Below, in pieces: positions 36,960-46,997 of a stretch of 64,000 nt of DNA (position 1 is the first letter of the stretch; every line of letters begins with the position of its first letter). This DNA is from Takakia lepidozioides. Lineage: Eukaryota; Plantae; Bryophyta. The notes under the pieces are model-generated. The model was not told the origin of the DNA and ran no database searches. It worked only from the letters and a program-made list of their open reading frames with translations. The DNA lies in NCBI GenBank assembly GCA_030704615.1, contig CM060731.1:27714001-27778000 (forward strand), in the 5' to 3' direction. Made by a program: the position numbers and the translations under genes.

Positions 36960-39900
36960 TGATAAAGAAGAAGAATACAAGCACGAGCTCACAAAGCTGA
37001 AGCTTAAACTAATGCATATATAACCTCATCACTCAAATACAAGTCAAGCCAAGTGCACCCCATGCCATGGGGAATCCACACTACGGCGCCATAGCTAGGC
37101 GCGGTGAGGCTCAACTCGAGAAAGATGAGCCTCCCGCGCTTGCCGTGAAGATAACCACTCCAGGGCCTAAATCTGCCTTGACCCCTGGATTGACACTTGG
37201 GCCAATCCCAAATGTCAATATGTAAAAGCTAGCTATTTCCTAGCTAGTTTCACACTAGTGGTAAAATAACTTGACAGCCTTCTGAAAGTCAACGAAGCAA
37301 ATATATACCAATTTTTTGTCATAGCTTGCACGTAACCTGGAGAGTGAAAATGTGGTTAAGTGTGGATTCGTTGGGACGGAAACCAGCTTGTCCCTTCGCA
37401 CGTATGTAAGAGGATTCAGCCCAATCATCCAGTTCCATGGCCACTACTACCCCAAACAGAACGAGGACACCATAATTGTGCGATAGTTGGTCGGTGCGAG
37501 TTTGTCACCGCTCTTGAAGAGGGGGTGGATGATGCTCTTTGTCCATTCTGTTGGAAAGCCATGTTGCACTGCTTCATTGAAGAGTTGAGCTATAAATTGC
37601 GCCAAAGTGGGTGCCGCGTGCTTGATGAATTCACCCTGTAGCCCTGATATATCCAATGCCATGCCATTTTGCAGCTTCTTGACTGCCTTCTGACATTGGC
37701 TGTAGTAAAGAGAGAGAAGTGTAGGGGTTTAAAGGTTATGGGAGAGGGAGTTTGGCTTGGGGAATGGTACAATGACTGGGCATACTCTTGCTAGACGTGA
37801 ATGTCAGTGATTGCAGGTGGGTCTCTGTGAGGTTTAAGGAGGGACAAAAAAGAATGAGGAGAAATCTGACTTTTGCAAGGAAACTTGTAGATTGCAACTT
37901 CAGAGCGTAGGCTCCCTTTTGGATCTAAAGAGAGACTTATAGTGCTTGAGAGCTAGGTGTTTGGAATCTGGAGAGGAATGGATATCTAGGAGTAGAGATT
38001 TGATGTGACGGACCTAACAACTTTGGATTCTTCATCATAGAAAGGTGCATATCTACGAGTGGAGAGGGGTGAGGAGGTAGATGGGATGGTGACTGGGAAG
38101 GATCGTAGGGCTGAGTCCCAAAGAGCATGAGTTAGATGGGTAGCATTGTCATCAGTAGATGGTAGAGCTAAGATGGAGGGGAGGATTGAAGCTAGGCATG
38201 TTTCATAATCAGTGTCGTGTAAGTGAGAGAAGGAGGTATTAAAATGAATTGGGGGTGTGAAGGGAGAGAAGCGGAGGAGCCCCCCCTGATGGGGAAAGAG
38301 ATGGAAGGAAATGCAAAGGGAAGGCAAGACTAGTGATCAGAATCCAGGTACCTCGTGATGTAAAAAGAACTAATTCTATTAGTTGTGTTGGGGCTCCCCA
38401 AGAGGTAGTCAACCACGCTTTGTCCCTTGTACGTGTGGCAAGTGAACTGACTGGAGGATTTCAAAATAGTTGTGCAATTATAAATGATAAGCCCCTGAAT
38501 CTGGCAAAACTTAAGTAGATGGTGACCATAGCTCATGATTTCGCTAGAGACATCCGAACTTTGCCTCTCCAAGATCAGATGTGAGTATTGGATGTGTAGA
38601 GGGTCCGTGGGGTCGAAGGTTGGAGCCTATAGAGAACCTGTACGAGCGTTGAAATCGCCAACCAAGAATATTTCTGTGTGTGGGTACGGAGACGGGACAT
38701 ATCCTCTTCTAGTGGAACATATGGCGAATCTGTTTGCATGTGGAGGCCATTGTGTGGAGATGCAGCCGGGGCAAAGTAACATCCCGTCGGTAGAATATTT
38801 GGTTGTGGATTATAGCCTTTGATGTGTGACACCAAATGTACCTTACGCCCAATGGATCTTTCTATGGGAAGGAGATATATGGGAGAACCCAGTCAGCAAA
38901 GTAACAAGCCACTCCACCAGAGCCTTTGAGTCCTGTGCGTGGACGAGTCACTGACTGAAAGCTATATCCGAGAGTAGATGGAGGGTCCTTGCCTTCATAC
39001 GCATGTGTTTCCAAGACAAAAAGAATATCACAATTGGAGAGGATATTGAGAAGCCTTTGCGGATGGCTCCAAAAAGAGCCATTATAGTTCCATGAGCCTA
39101 TGTTCAGATATGAGCGTGTGTTGGTCTCATGGGGCCCCAACCCATTTTTAGAGTTAGAGGGGCGACACTCCTGCTCTCTAATGATGACTTTGCCATCTCG
39201 GTACACTGCATAGTGTCCATGTGTCTGAGCCTGTTTGACCTGCGCGAGTTGAGCCCGCATGACATTGTATTGCATGGGGGTCAAATCCTCGTTCAAATAC
39301 ATGTCGTGACCTCTCAATTGAGGCCTCTGATGGAGGACCCTATCCCGAACACCCTTGTCCCTAAATCTGATGAACAAGACTTTGTGCTCCAAAGTTCCTA
39401 CACGCCAAGCTTGTTCAATGTCACTTGCTCCCAGTGGTAGCACCAGATTTTGTTGGATGAGGGTGGTTTCCACTTCAAGGGGGTCACCCTCTGCAAGGGT
39501 CCCTAGCTTCCCCGTGACCCGGATGTTAAAGGCTTTGAAAGCCCATTGCTGTTCCTCCCGCAGGGTAGCCGAAACTGTCTCTTCTAAAGAGCGGGAACCG
39601 CTGTTGGATGGTCCAGTGCTTCCCTTGACTATGTTAGCCCAAGAAGAAGCCTCCGCCTTATGAGTTTGGAGATGTTGGGCCATTGAAGATGTCGCAGCCC
39701 TGTGGGCTTCCAGCTCTTTAGTAAGAGTTGCCACCTGTTGGTGGATACTTGCCATGAGGGAACTTGAAGTGTCTTTCTCTATGAGGGCCCTCACTTCTCC
39801 TTCTGGAGTTTAGAGAGACGCGTGTTTGTTGTTTGTGCATTGATTTGTTTCAACAAGACCTCCACTTTGCATGTATTGCTCTCCAGAAGAGAAGCTCACA

Positions 39901-40324
39901 AGACGGCGACCTCAGTCCGCAGATTCTCTAGATCTTTGTCTCGGGCTGCACACATTTTCTCCACGTCCCTGTCTTTGGCAGCAAGCAACTTCTTGAAGTC
40001 CTTACTGCGTGCTTCGAGCAACTGCCGCAGTGCCTCGGAGGAGCTCCTCCGAGATGCAGCGAGTTTGCAGGGTAGCAACTTGGTCCCGAAGGATTTGGAT
40101 ATCCGCACTCCTAGTGGAGTACTGGCTCAAGGGAGAGGCATGTTGAGTGCCCGGCCGGGAAGGAGAAGTAGAGGAGAATCAAGGTGAGGCGAGGGTGAGG
40201 GCGAGACCCCATCCTCGTCACTAGTTCTGGACGAGGACATGGTGGAGGCGGCGCTAGGGCGCAGGCATGCCAACGCGCGCGGCGAAGAGAGAGAAAGAGA
40301 GAGAAGAGCTCACACAAAGAAAAA

Positions 40325-40327
<3 letters not shown>

Positions 40328-40373
<46 letters not shown>
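40328..40373. repeat. (GA)n microsatellite near the LINE 5' end
   Basis: Uninterrupted AG/GA run. Confidence 0.95.
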
Positions 40374-40378
<5 letters not shown>

Positions 40379-42385
40379 ATGGGAGAAAGAAAGTCCAACC
40401 AGAAAGAGAGAGTCATCAAAGATGGAAGAGAGCACTCTTTATAATATTGAAAGAGAGGATTAGAAGGGAAAATTTTGAAACAGAAAGCAAACTGTGGAAG
40501 CAGAGCTTAGTCCTAAAACTACTTTGATATATTTCCAATTAATGTTGGATCTGTTGAACTCCAGGGACGCAGAAGAGGAGGGACGTCCTGCGGTGTTGCC
40601 ATTGCAGAGGGATTTGCTGTGCCCAGACGCATGAGTCAGCCTGAGAGTAGCTGCATATAATGCCTTGTCTTCCCCATGTCGATCTGAAGGTATCAAGGAG
40701 CGCATCTTGTCATTCTAAAGTCCAGTTAACGTACGCAGCTTTGCCCACGCCAATGTAGCCGCAATGGTGAGATCCAAAAAGACATTAGTAAGTAAGGACG
40801 GTAGCTCTGGAGTTAGTATTGCTTAGAGTCCAGCCGCAGTGGGCTTTCCATAAATGTGATAGAGGGGCAGCTCTCACTCTTTCAAACGGACATTTGCTAA
40901 CTTTGGTTTTGGCTCTTTGCTCGTAATTTAAGAGGAGGACGACCGGGTGGATATGCAAGTGGTCTAGGTCTTCTAAAGAGTTTGCACCAGGGGCCATATG
41001 ACCCTAGGTGCCTGGCAGTGGATTAGGCAATGTCCCACGACTCAATTGTACCTAACTGGCAGCATGTGCAGGGTGAGGCCTCCTCGAAGTTCAAGTATTG
41101 ACCCACCTTTAAAACCCTATTGGCAACCTGCCAAAGGAAGACGCTCATTTTGGCTGGCTTGGTTTGCTCCCATACTAGCGCGCCCATATACACTTCCAGT
41201 TCTCTTCTCTAAAGTGTTGATGACCCCACTTATCATTCCATTTGCTTCACAAGGGTCTAGCTTGAATCAAGACCCGATAAGTTTTTTTTTGCAAAATAAG
41301 TGAAGAAGTTGGATAAGGTGCTCCCAAAGCACCAATTATACTCTGAAAATCCACATCGAGAAAGACAAAGACAAATATGGATATGGATGATTATGAAGAG
41401 CGTATTGAAATATGAAATGTAAATTTGTACTTTGGACAAGTTTAGACTTAGGTTCATACATATTCTCTATCCTATATCTTAGGATTAGGATATTTATAGA
41501 CGATAATGCCTCCGTATCGGGTAGTTCACAAATCTACTTGACAGTATTCAAGGATGAGACACCTTATTATTTTTGGCAACCTTTGCAAATCTTATCGAAA
41601 TTTCTAAATGGCTGATCCAATTGAATCCAATTTCCATAAGAATATATCTCATGATGTGGACAGCTTCTCCTTATTTTTCAGATTTTTTGGACAAGATTTG
41701 GGTATACCTCCTTTGCACTCAGTGATCTGGGGGGAGTGAAGAAGTTGCATTTTCAGCACTTTGCCATCCTTTTTATTTTAAGAAAAAATTGGTTTTGTTG
41801 TTTAAAAAAGGGAATGGTCCCAATGACTTCAATAAAGTCGAGAAGGTCCTGACAACTTTTTGATTGGTTCCAGCCATGCAATCCTGACGTTCACTTTGCC
41901 ATCCTTTTTATTTCAAGGAAAAATTGGTTTTGTTGTTTAAAAAAAGGGAATGGTCCCAACGACTTCAATCAAGTCGAGAAGGTCGTGACCAGTGTTGGGC
42001 GGGTATATAAATTACCCTGATATACCCGGCGGGTATATTAGGGTATTTTGATATATATATATACCCTAGTGTGGGAAGTTTAGGTACCCGGATGTATACC
42101 CTTATATCAGGGTATATTTTTATGATATACCCTTATCCTTATATTTACCCTGCATCAAGACGCTCAATATACCCTACTTTTCTAAAGGGTATATGTTAAA
42201 ATGAAGGGTATATCTAATCAGGGTATATAAGGGCCTTTATGTGCCTTTATAGCCTTTGTGTGCTAGGTCTTTTCTCTTTTTGTTGTGTTGTTAGGGAGCC
42301 TTGAGCTATAAGAAAGCTCCAATCACAACTAAAACAAATGCTACATATATATCATTCCTAAAATGTCATATAACCCAAACAATAC

Positions 42386-42906
42386 CAGTGTTGGACTGGT
42401 ATATAGGTGAAGGACTGGTATATAATACTGGTATATGCACTGGTATTAGATACCAGACCAGTCTGGTATCATTTGGGAGAATTCTTGGTCATATACTAGA
42501 CCAGGCTGGTATCAGTTCTTTCATACCAGCCACAATACCCGTTCTCCCCCACCCTCTTCCTCATTTACTCTGGTATGTATATTGAAGTAATTTATGTGTA
42601 CATATGCCTATATATTTGTACTTATATATATTTACTTCTTATATGTATATGTATATGTATATTTTATTTGTTTTCACTTGATACTTGCCACTTGATAAAT
42701 TTGTAACTCAAGATGGCTTTGGAATGATACCAGAGTTGATATCTCATACCAGCTGGTATTGTGGTCATGATACTCATATTCATACCAGTATCTGGCAAAA
42801 AAATACATCCACCATTATACAGACCAGACTGGTATGAAAGTTTTGTGATACGCCTGGTATCAGGACCAGTCTGGTATGTAAAAAACTTGATACCAGTCCA
42901 ACACTG
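42386..42906. mobile_element. hAT-type MITE nested in the larger hAT element (8-bp TSD AACAATAC)
   Basis: Perfect 17-bp TIR cagtgttggactggtat / ataccagtccaacactg. TSD at 42378-42385 and 42907-42914. Subterminal CTGGTAT/ATACCAG repeats. Confidence 0.9.
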
Positions 42907-42983
42907 AACAATACCTCTTCAGATCTCGCATATATATATATATAAGGAAACCTGCCCACAATTTAGGTCCTTGAGGGGGGGAT

Positions 42984-43185
42984 TTTTTTTTTTCAGGAAA
43001 CCTAGGAGCGACAGCCCACCCTGAGGAGCAGGAAAGATTAACCCCCTTTCATTTATGGACCATGAGACCTACAACGCCCAGACGTACCGTCACGAACAAT
43101 CCCACACACGGGGCAGGGCAGCGGGTTCGAACCCCGAACCACCATAGCCACACACACTGTGCACTTCCCAGCTGAGCTACCAGCC
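42984..43185 (-). mobile_element. tRNA-derived SINE
   Basis: The minus strand begins GGCTGG-TAGCTCAGCTGG (A box), has GGTTCGAACCC (B box) ~45 nt later, and ends in an A run (T11 on + at ~42983-42993). No full cloverleaf. Confidence 0.7.
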
Positions 43186-44414
43186 GATGTGCTTTTTTTA
43201 ATCTCAAACCTCCTCCATCTTGCATTGGAAATTAACACCAAAATATTATGCAATATCTTATCAATTTTCTCTTTTACCCTAGATTGTTTTTTTTTTTTTT
43301 TGTGTTTTATATATAATGAAGAACATCATATATTCTTTAAAAAAAATTAAATTATATATTAATATCCATACCCGGAAACTATTCATACCCTTAGGGTATA
43401 TTTTGGCATATATATCCATACCTGGGGGTTATAAAGAAATCTGAACAGTTAATTTATCCATACCCGGAGGGTAAATGATTTGACAAAAATAATTTACTTA
43501 TACCCTAAGGGTATATTGAAATCAATATACCTGCACAACATTGGTCGTGACAACTTTTTGATTGATTCCAGCCATGTTTTCCCTTCATACGGGGTTTGCA
43601 CTGATCCATTGTTTCTTAAGGCTTATACAATGGGCCACCCCATTCCATGCAAGAAACCCCAATCCACTTTGCTCTTCTTGTGGTCATATATCTCTCCCAC
43701 CTAACTTACCAAACATCCGTTTGCATCTACTCTGGTAAAGCAGATATTTCTGCATATGCGGCATGTTGCAGCTTTGGATTCCGCTGAGAATCCATCTAGA
43801 ACTTTGTGTTGAAGTGAATCCATGAGTCTTAATAAATTATGTGGGCATCTTCCCCACTCCTGCAAAAACAAAAGAAAAAAAAGAAGAAAAAAACTATCAG
43901 AGGGCTGCTTAGGCGTTTAGGGGTTACAGAAAAAAAGAAAAAGAGAAAGAAAAGAAACAACCCACACAACCTCAGTCGGGCACAACCAAGATGCTTGGAC
44001 GGAATGTAGGCCGCATACCGCGTCTAAACGGATATCGTCCATTTTGAACGAATGTCGTCCGGGGACAGCGTGCCTATCCTGTCGGTGAGTCTTGGAGCTC
44101 TTTCGTTCTTGTTCCCAAGCGCGTGGGGTCTGCTGCAGGGTTGTTTCTTCACCATTTCGTCTGCGGACTGCGTTGCACACCTACTGACATGCGTAAGGAG
44201 CTGCTGGATTCTAAGCTCACAGAGAGGGGGATGCGATAGAGTGCTTTTGAGAAGTTGGTTCAGTTTTCCAGGGTTGGTTCTTCGGCATTTCATGTGGCCA
44301 TTACACTTGCGGGAGGCGAACATCCCCACTCATACACTCAAACAGCTGCGAGATTCCAAGCTTAGAGAGAGGGGGACCCGATAGATTTGGTTTTGGGAAG
44401 GTGGGCCAGTGAAA

Positions 44415-46997
44415 ATGGCTGCATCAACGGTGACAATAAACGTGATGCTTGCCATCCATGCTAAAAGGACTACATCTGTAGATATGTACAAGCCCTTGAG
44501 GCAGTACATAGTGCAACATTATTCAGAGAGGGAGGCACAGGACATGGAGGATGACCTTCAAGCAGTGCAGCAGATGCGAAATGATGTGGAGAAATCTTCA
44601 GATTCGCTCGAGGCACGGAGGGATTTGTTGCAGAGGTACTTTAGGGCTCTTTCGGTGATGGAATCCAGGTTTCCTATCTCGAATGAGAGGGAGCATGTGA
44701 ACACGCTGCATTTTACGTGGTATGATGCCTTTAAGCAGGGGAGAAAAGCCACCCAACAAAACATACATTTTGAGAAGGCCGCAATCGCATTTAATCTTGG
44801 GGCTGTGCAAAGCCAGCTTGCACTCTCTGCGGATCGTTCCCTAGCCAATGGATTGAAACAGGCCTGCAATTCATTTCAGGCGGCAGCGGGAGTCTTTGCT
44901 TTTTTGAGAGACAATATCTCCATGAAGGCAGGGGGAAACAATTCGACGCAGGACATCTCAGTGGAGTGTGCAGGTATGCTGGAAAGACTGATGCTAGCGC
45001 AGGCGCAGGAGTGTTTTTTCGAGAAGGTCCTGAGTGACAACAAGCCCTCGTCGCTGTGTGCGAAGGTCGCAAAGCAGGTGGGTTTATACTACGAGGAAGC
45101 CTACGCAGCTCTTGTCCTTCCCCCTTTAAATCAACACTTTGATCGCACATGGGTTGCACATGTACAGCTAAAGGCTGCCCAGTTCCAGGCGGAAGCTTGC
45201 TATCGTGTTGCTCTTGAACTTCATGAGAAGGAGAATATATCAGAAGAGATCGCCCGACTGAAGGCAGGAAGCTACATGCTTTCAGAGGCTAGAAAGTCAG
45301 GAAAGGGAGTGGTGGGTCCACTCATGGACGCTGTTGCCAAGCTTGAGGGAAACATCAACCGAAATTTAGAACGTGCAAACAAGGAGAATGATAGAGTCTA
45401 TTTAATGAGGGTCCCCCCATTTGAATCATTGCCGCCTTTGCCAACAGCATCACTGGTTAAATCCATGCCTGTAGCAGAAGTGCTCGATGCAAGCAAGGAG
45501 AGGATGTTTGCAGGACTCGTGCCTGATAGCAGTGCCAAGGCTCTGTCCAAGTACACTGAGATGGTGGATGATATCATCAGGTTGCAAGCAGAAAAGTTGC
45601 AACAGGAAAGTGAGATTACTAGAGTTCGACTGCGAGAAATGGACCTGCCAGACTCCCTGCATGCTCTCGAAGGGAGTGCCATCCTCCCTGACCACTTGCG
45701 AGATGATGTGGAAGCTGTGCAAGTGGATGGAGGACCAGCAGGGCTAGAAACAGAAATGAGACAACTGAAGGATTTACGCCGGGTCAATGAAGAATTATTG
45801 GTGCAAACTGAGGAGCTCTTAGAGAAGGAGGCAAGAGAGGACGCACAGATTCGCGCACAGTTTGGGACACGATGGACAAGGCCACAGTCAAGCACTTTAA
45901 CAAAAACTTTGCATGATCGGGCAAATGGGTTTGCAGCAAATTTGAAACAGGCAGGAGACAGTGATGCCCGGATTGATCGCACTATCCGGGACAATATGGG
46001 CCTGATGGCAATTCTTGATGCCAAGCCTATAGAGAAAGCGCTCCCTACTTTGGGCAGACCGATGCTGTCTTTGAATGGAGATGAGGACATGATCGTAGGT
46101 ACTTTGCGCCAGAAACTGGGAGAGCTAGAGGCACTTGGATCACAGCGGGCTGGTCTGGAGGACATGCTCAAAGACATGAAGCGCAGGGATAACATCTTGT
46201 CAAAATTGATGACAACGTCAGGGTCATATGAAGATTTGTTCAAGAAGGAGCTTGCCAAGTATGATCTGGTATCTGCAGAGGTGGCTCGGAATGTGGAAGC
46301 CCAGGAGAAGTTGCTGCAGCAGATTAAGGCCCAAAATGATGTCTTTTCCACCACTTTCAACCTCGATGATTTTAGAGCCTCACGGGAGAAGGCTTTCAAG
46401 CAAGTTGGTGCAGCAGTTGCTAAGTATAGGGAGATTCGGGACAACATCAATGAGGGCCTGAAATTCTATGTCACTCTTCAAGATGCCATCACCAATCTGA
46501 AGCAGCAATGCAGTGACTATGTCATGACCCGCAACATCCAGTGTCGTGAGATGATGGAAGATCTGCAGCGGCAGATTGCAGGACTAAAATTTACCGAAAC
46601 ACATTCCCAGGCCACTCATGAACCCTCCCGTCCTTCATACTACCCATCCTCCAATCCTGGGTCAACCACTAGTTCAGCAGCTCCCCCACAGCCTGGGGGC
46701 TATGGTGTCTACCAGGCACAACATTCACAGCCGCAGACGCCACAGCAAACACCCTTGCCACCACCCCCTTACTACTCTGGTCAAAATGCCCCTGCTGTGC
46801 CTCCACCTCCCTACTACTCGCACCCTCAATCCCAGAACCCTAACTTTAGTCAACCTCCATATCCAGGGTGGCAAGGTTCATACTACAATGCGCCACCAGT
46901 GCCCAATCAGCCGGGCGCACCAAGTCAGGCTCCATACTACACACCACCTCCAGGAGGCTACTACAATGCACCATCAGGGGGCTACTACAAGCAGTAA
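44415..46997 (+). CDS. ALIX: ALIX / BRO1-domain ESCRT-associated protein (Bro1 domain, V domain, Pro/Tyr-rich tail); single coding exon
   Basis: Uninterrupted ORF. FTWYDAF, FEKAAIAFNLGA, MLAQAQECF, KENDRVYL Bro1 motifs; EGLKFY at the end of the V domain; PPPPYY-rich C-terminus. Confidence 0.95.
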   Translation: MAASTVTINVMLAIHAKRTTSVDMYKPLRQYIVQHYSEREAQDMEDDLQAVQQMRNDVEKSSDSLEARRDLLQRYFRALSVMESRFPISNEREHVNTLHFTWYDAFKQGRKATQQNIHFEKAAIAFNLGAVQSQLALSADRSLANGLKQACNSFQAAAGVFAFLRDNISMKAGGNNSTQDISVECAGMLERLMLAQAQECFFEKVLSDNKPSSLCAKVAKQVGLYYEEAYAALVLPPLNQHFDRTWVAHVQLKAAQFQAEACYRVALELHEKENISEEIARLKAGSYMLSEARKSGKGVVGPLMDAVAKLEGNINRNLERANKENDRVYLMRVPPFESLPPLPTASLVKSMPVAEVLDASKERMFAGLVPDSSAKALSKYTEMVDDIIRLQAEKLQQESEITRVRLREMDLPDSLHALEGSAILPDHLRDDVEAVQVDGGPAGLETEMRQLKDLRRVNEELLVQTEELLEKEAREDAQIRAQFGTRWTRPQSSTLTKTLHDRANGFAANLKQAGDSDARIDRTIRDNMGLMAILDAKPIEKALPTLGRPMLSLNGDEDMIVGTLRQKLGELEALGSQRAGLEDMLKDMKRRDNILSKLMTTSGSYEDLFKKELAKYDLVSAEVARNVEAQEKLLQQIKAQNDVFSTTFNLDDFRASREKAFKQVGAAVAKYREIRDNINEGLKFYVTLQDAITNLKQQCSDYVMTRNIQCREMMEDLQRQIAGLKFTETHSQATHEPSRPSYYPSSNPGSTTSSAAPPQPGGYGVYQAQHSQPQTPQQTPLPPPPYYSGQNAPAVPPPPYYSHPQSQNPNFSQPPYPGWQGSYYNAPPVPNQPGAPSQAPYYTPPPGGYYNAPSGGYYKQ

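Larger units (their letters stand above)
26180..37276 (-). mobile_element. Ty3/gypsy-type retrotransposon copy 2 (family 2), 11,097 bp, same split-LTR/DNMT/PHD architecture; 4-bp TSD GCCT
   Basis: TSD gcct at 26176-26179 and 37277-37280; removing the element restores LINE motif DFQKAFDS. Repeats: A 26180-26357, B 26358-26675, gc, A' 26678-26866, PPT 26867-26880, second B 36960-37276. Confidence 0.94.
13521..40400 (-). mobile_element. Near full-length RTE/RTEX-like non-LTR retrotransposon split into three pieces (13521-14517, 25526-26179, 37277-~40400) by two LTR-element insertions; decayed; 5' boundary approximate
   Basis: ORF1 with coiled coil and RRM/CTD-like region (NIRVTG...IEQAWRVG...YLNEDLT). 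APE motifs (IGSWNYNG, FVLETH, GSGGVA, VGDFNART, VVDYLL, SDH). RT motifs (WTKSIIHPLFKSGD..NYRTI, QAGFR, FVDFQKAFDSV once element 2 is removed, GCPLSPTLF, LFYADD), YGCEFWG, C-terminal CPAC..H...C and a (CATTT)n tail at ~13521. Confidence 0.85.
41990..43543. mobile_element. Non-autonomous hAT-type DNA transposon (8-bp TSD GTCGTGAC)
   Basis: Imperfect TIRs cagtgttgggcgggtat / atacctgcacaacattg. TSD at 41982-41989 and 43544-43551. Many subterminal GGGTATAT/ATATACCC motifs. The empty-site sequence is visible in the adjacent ~135-bp duplicate at 41757-41878. Confidence 0.85.

Noticed and set aside
43100-43185. Functional tRNA gene
   Set aside because: A and B boxes are present but there is no proper acceptor/anticodon pairing, and an unrelated body with an A tail follows; called a SINE.
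45398-46450. 350-aa antisense ORF inside ALIX, and many antisense ORFs over pol and the PPR gene
   Set aside because: Shadow ORFs from codon bias with no recognisable motifs.
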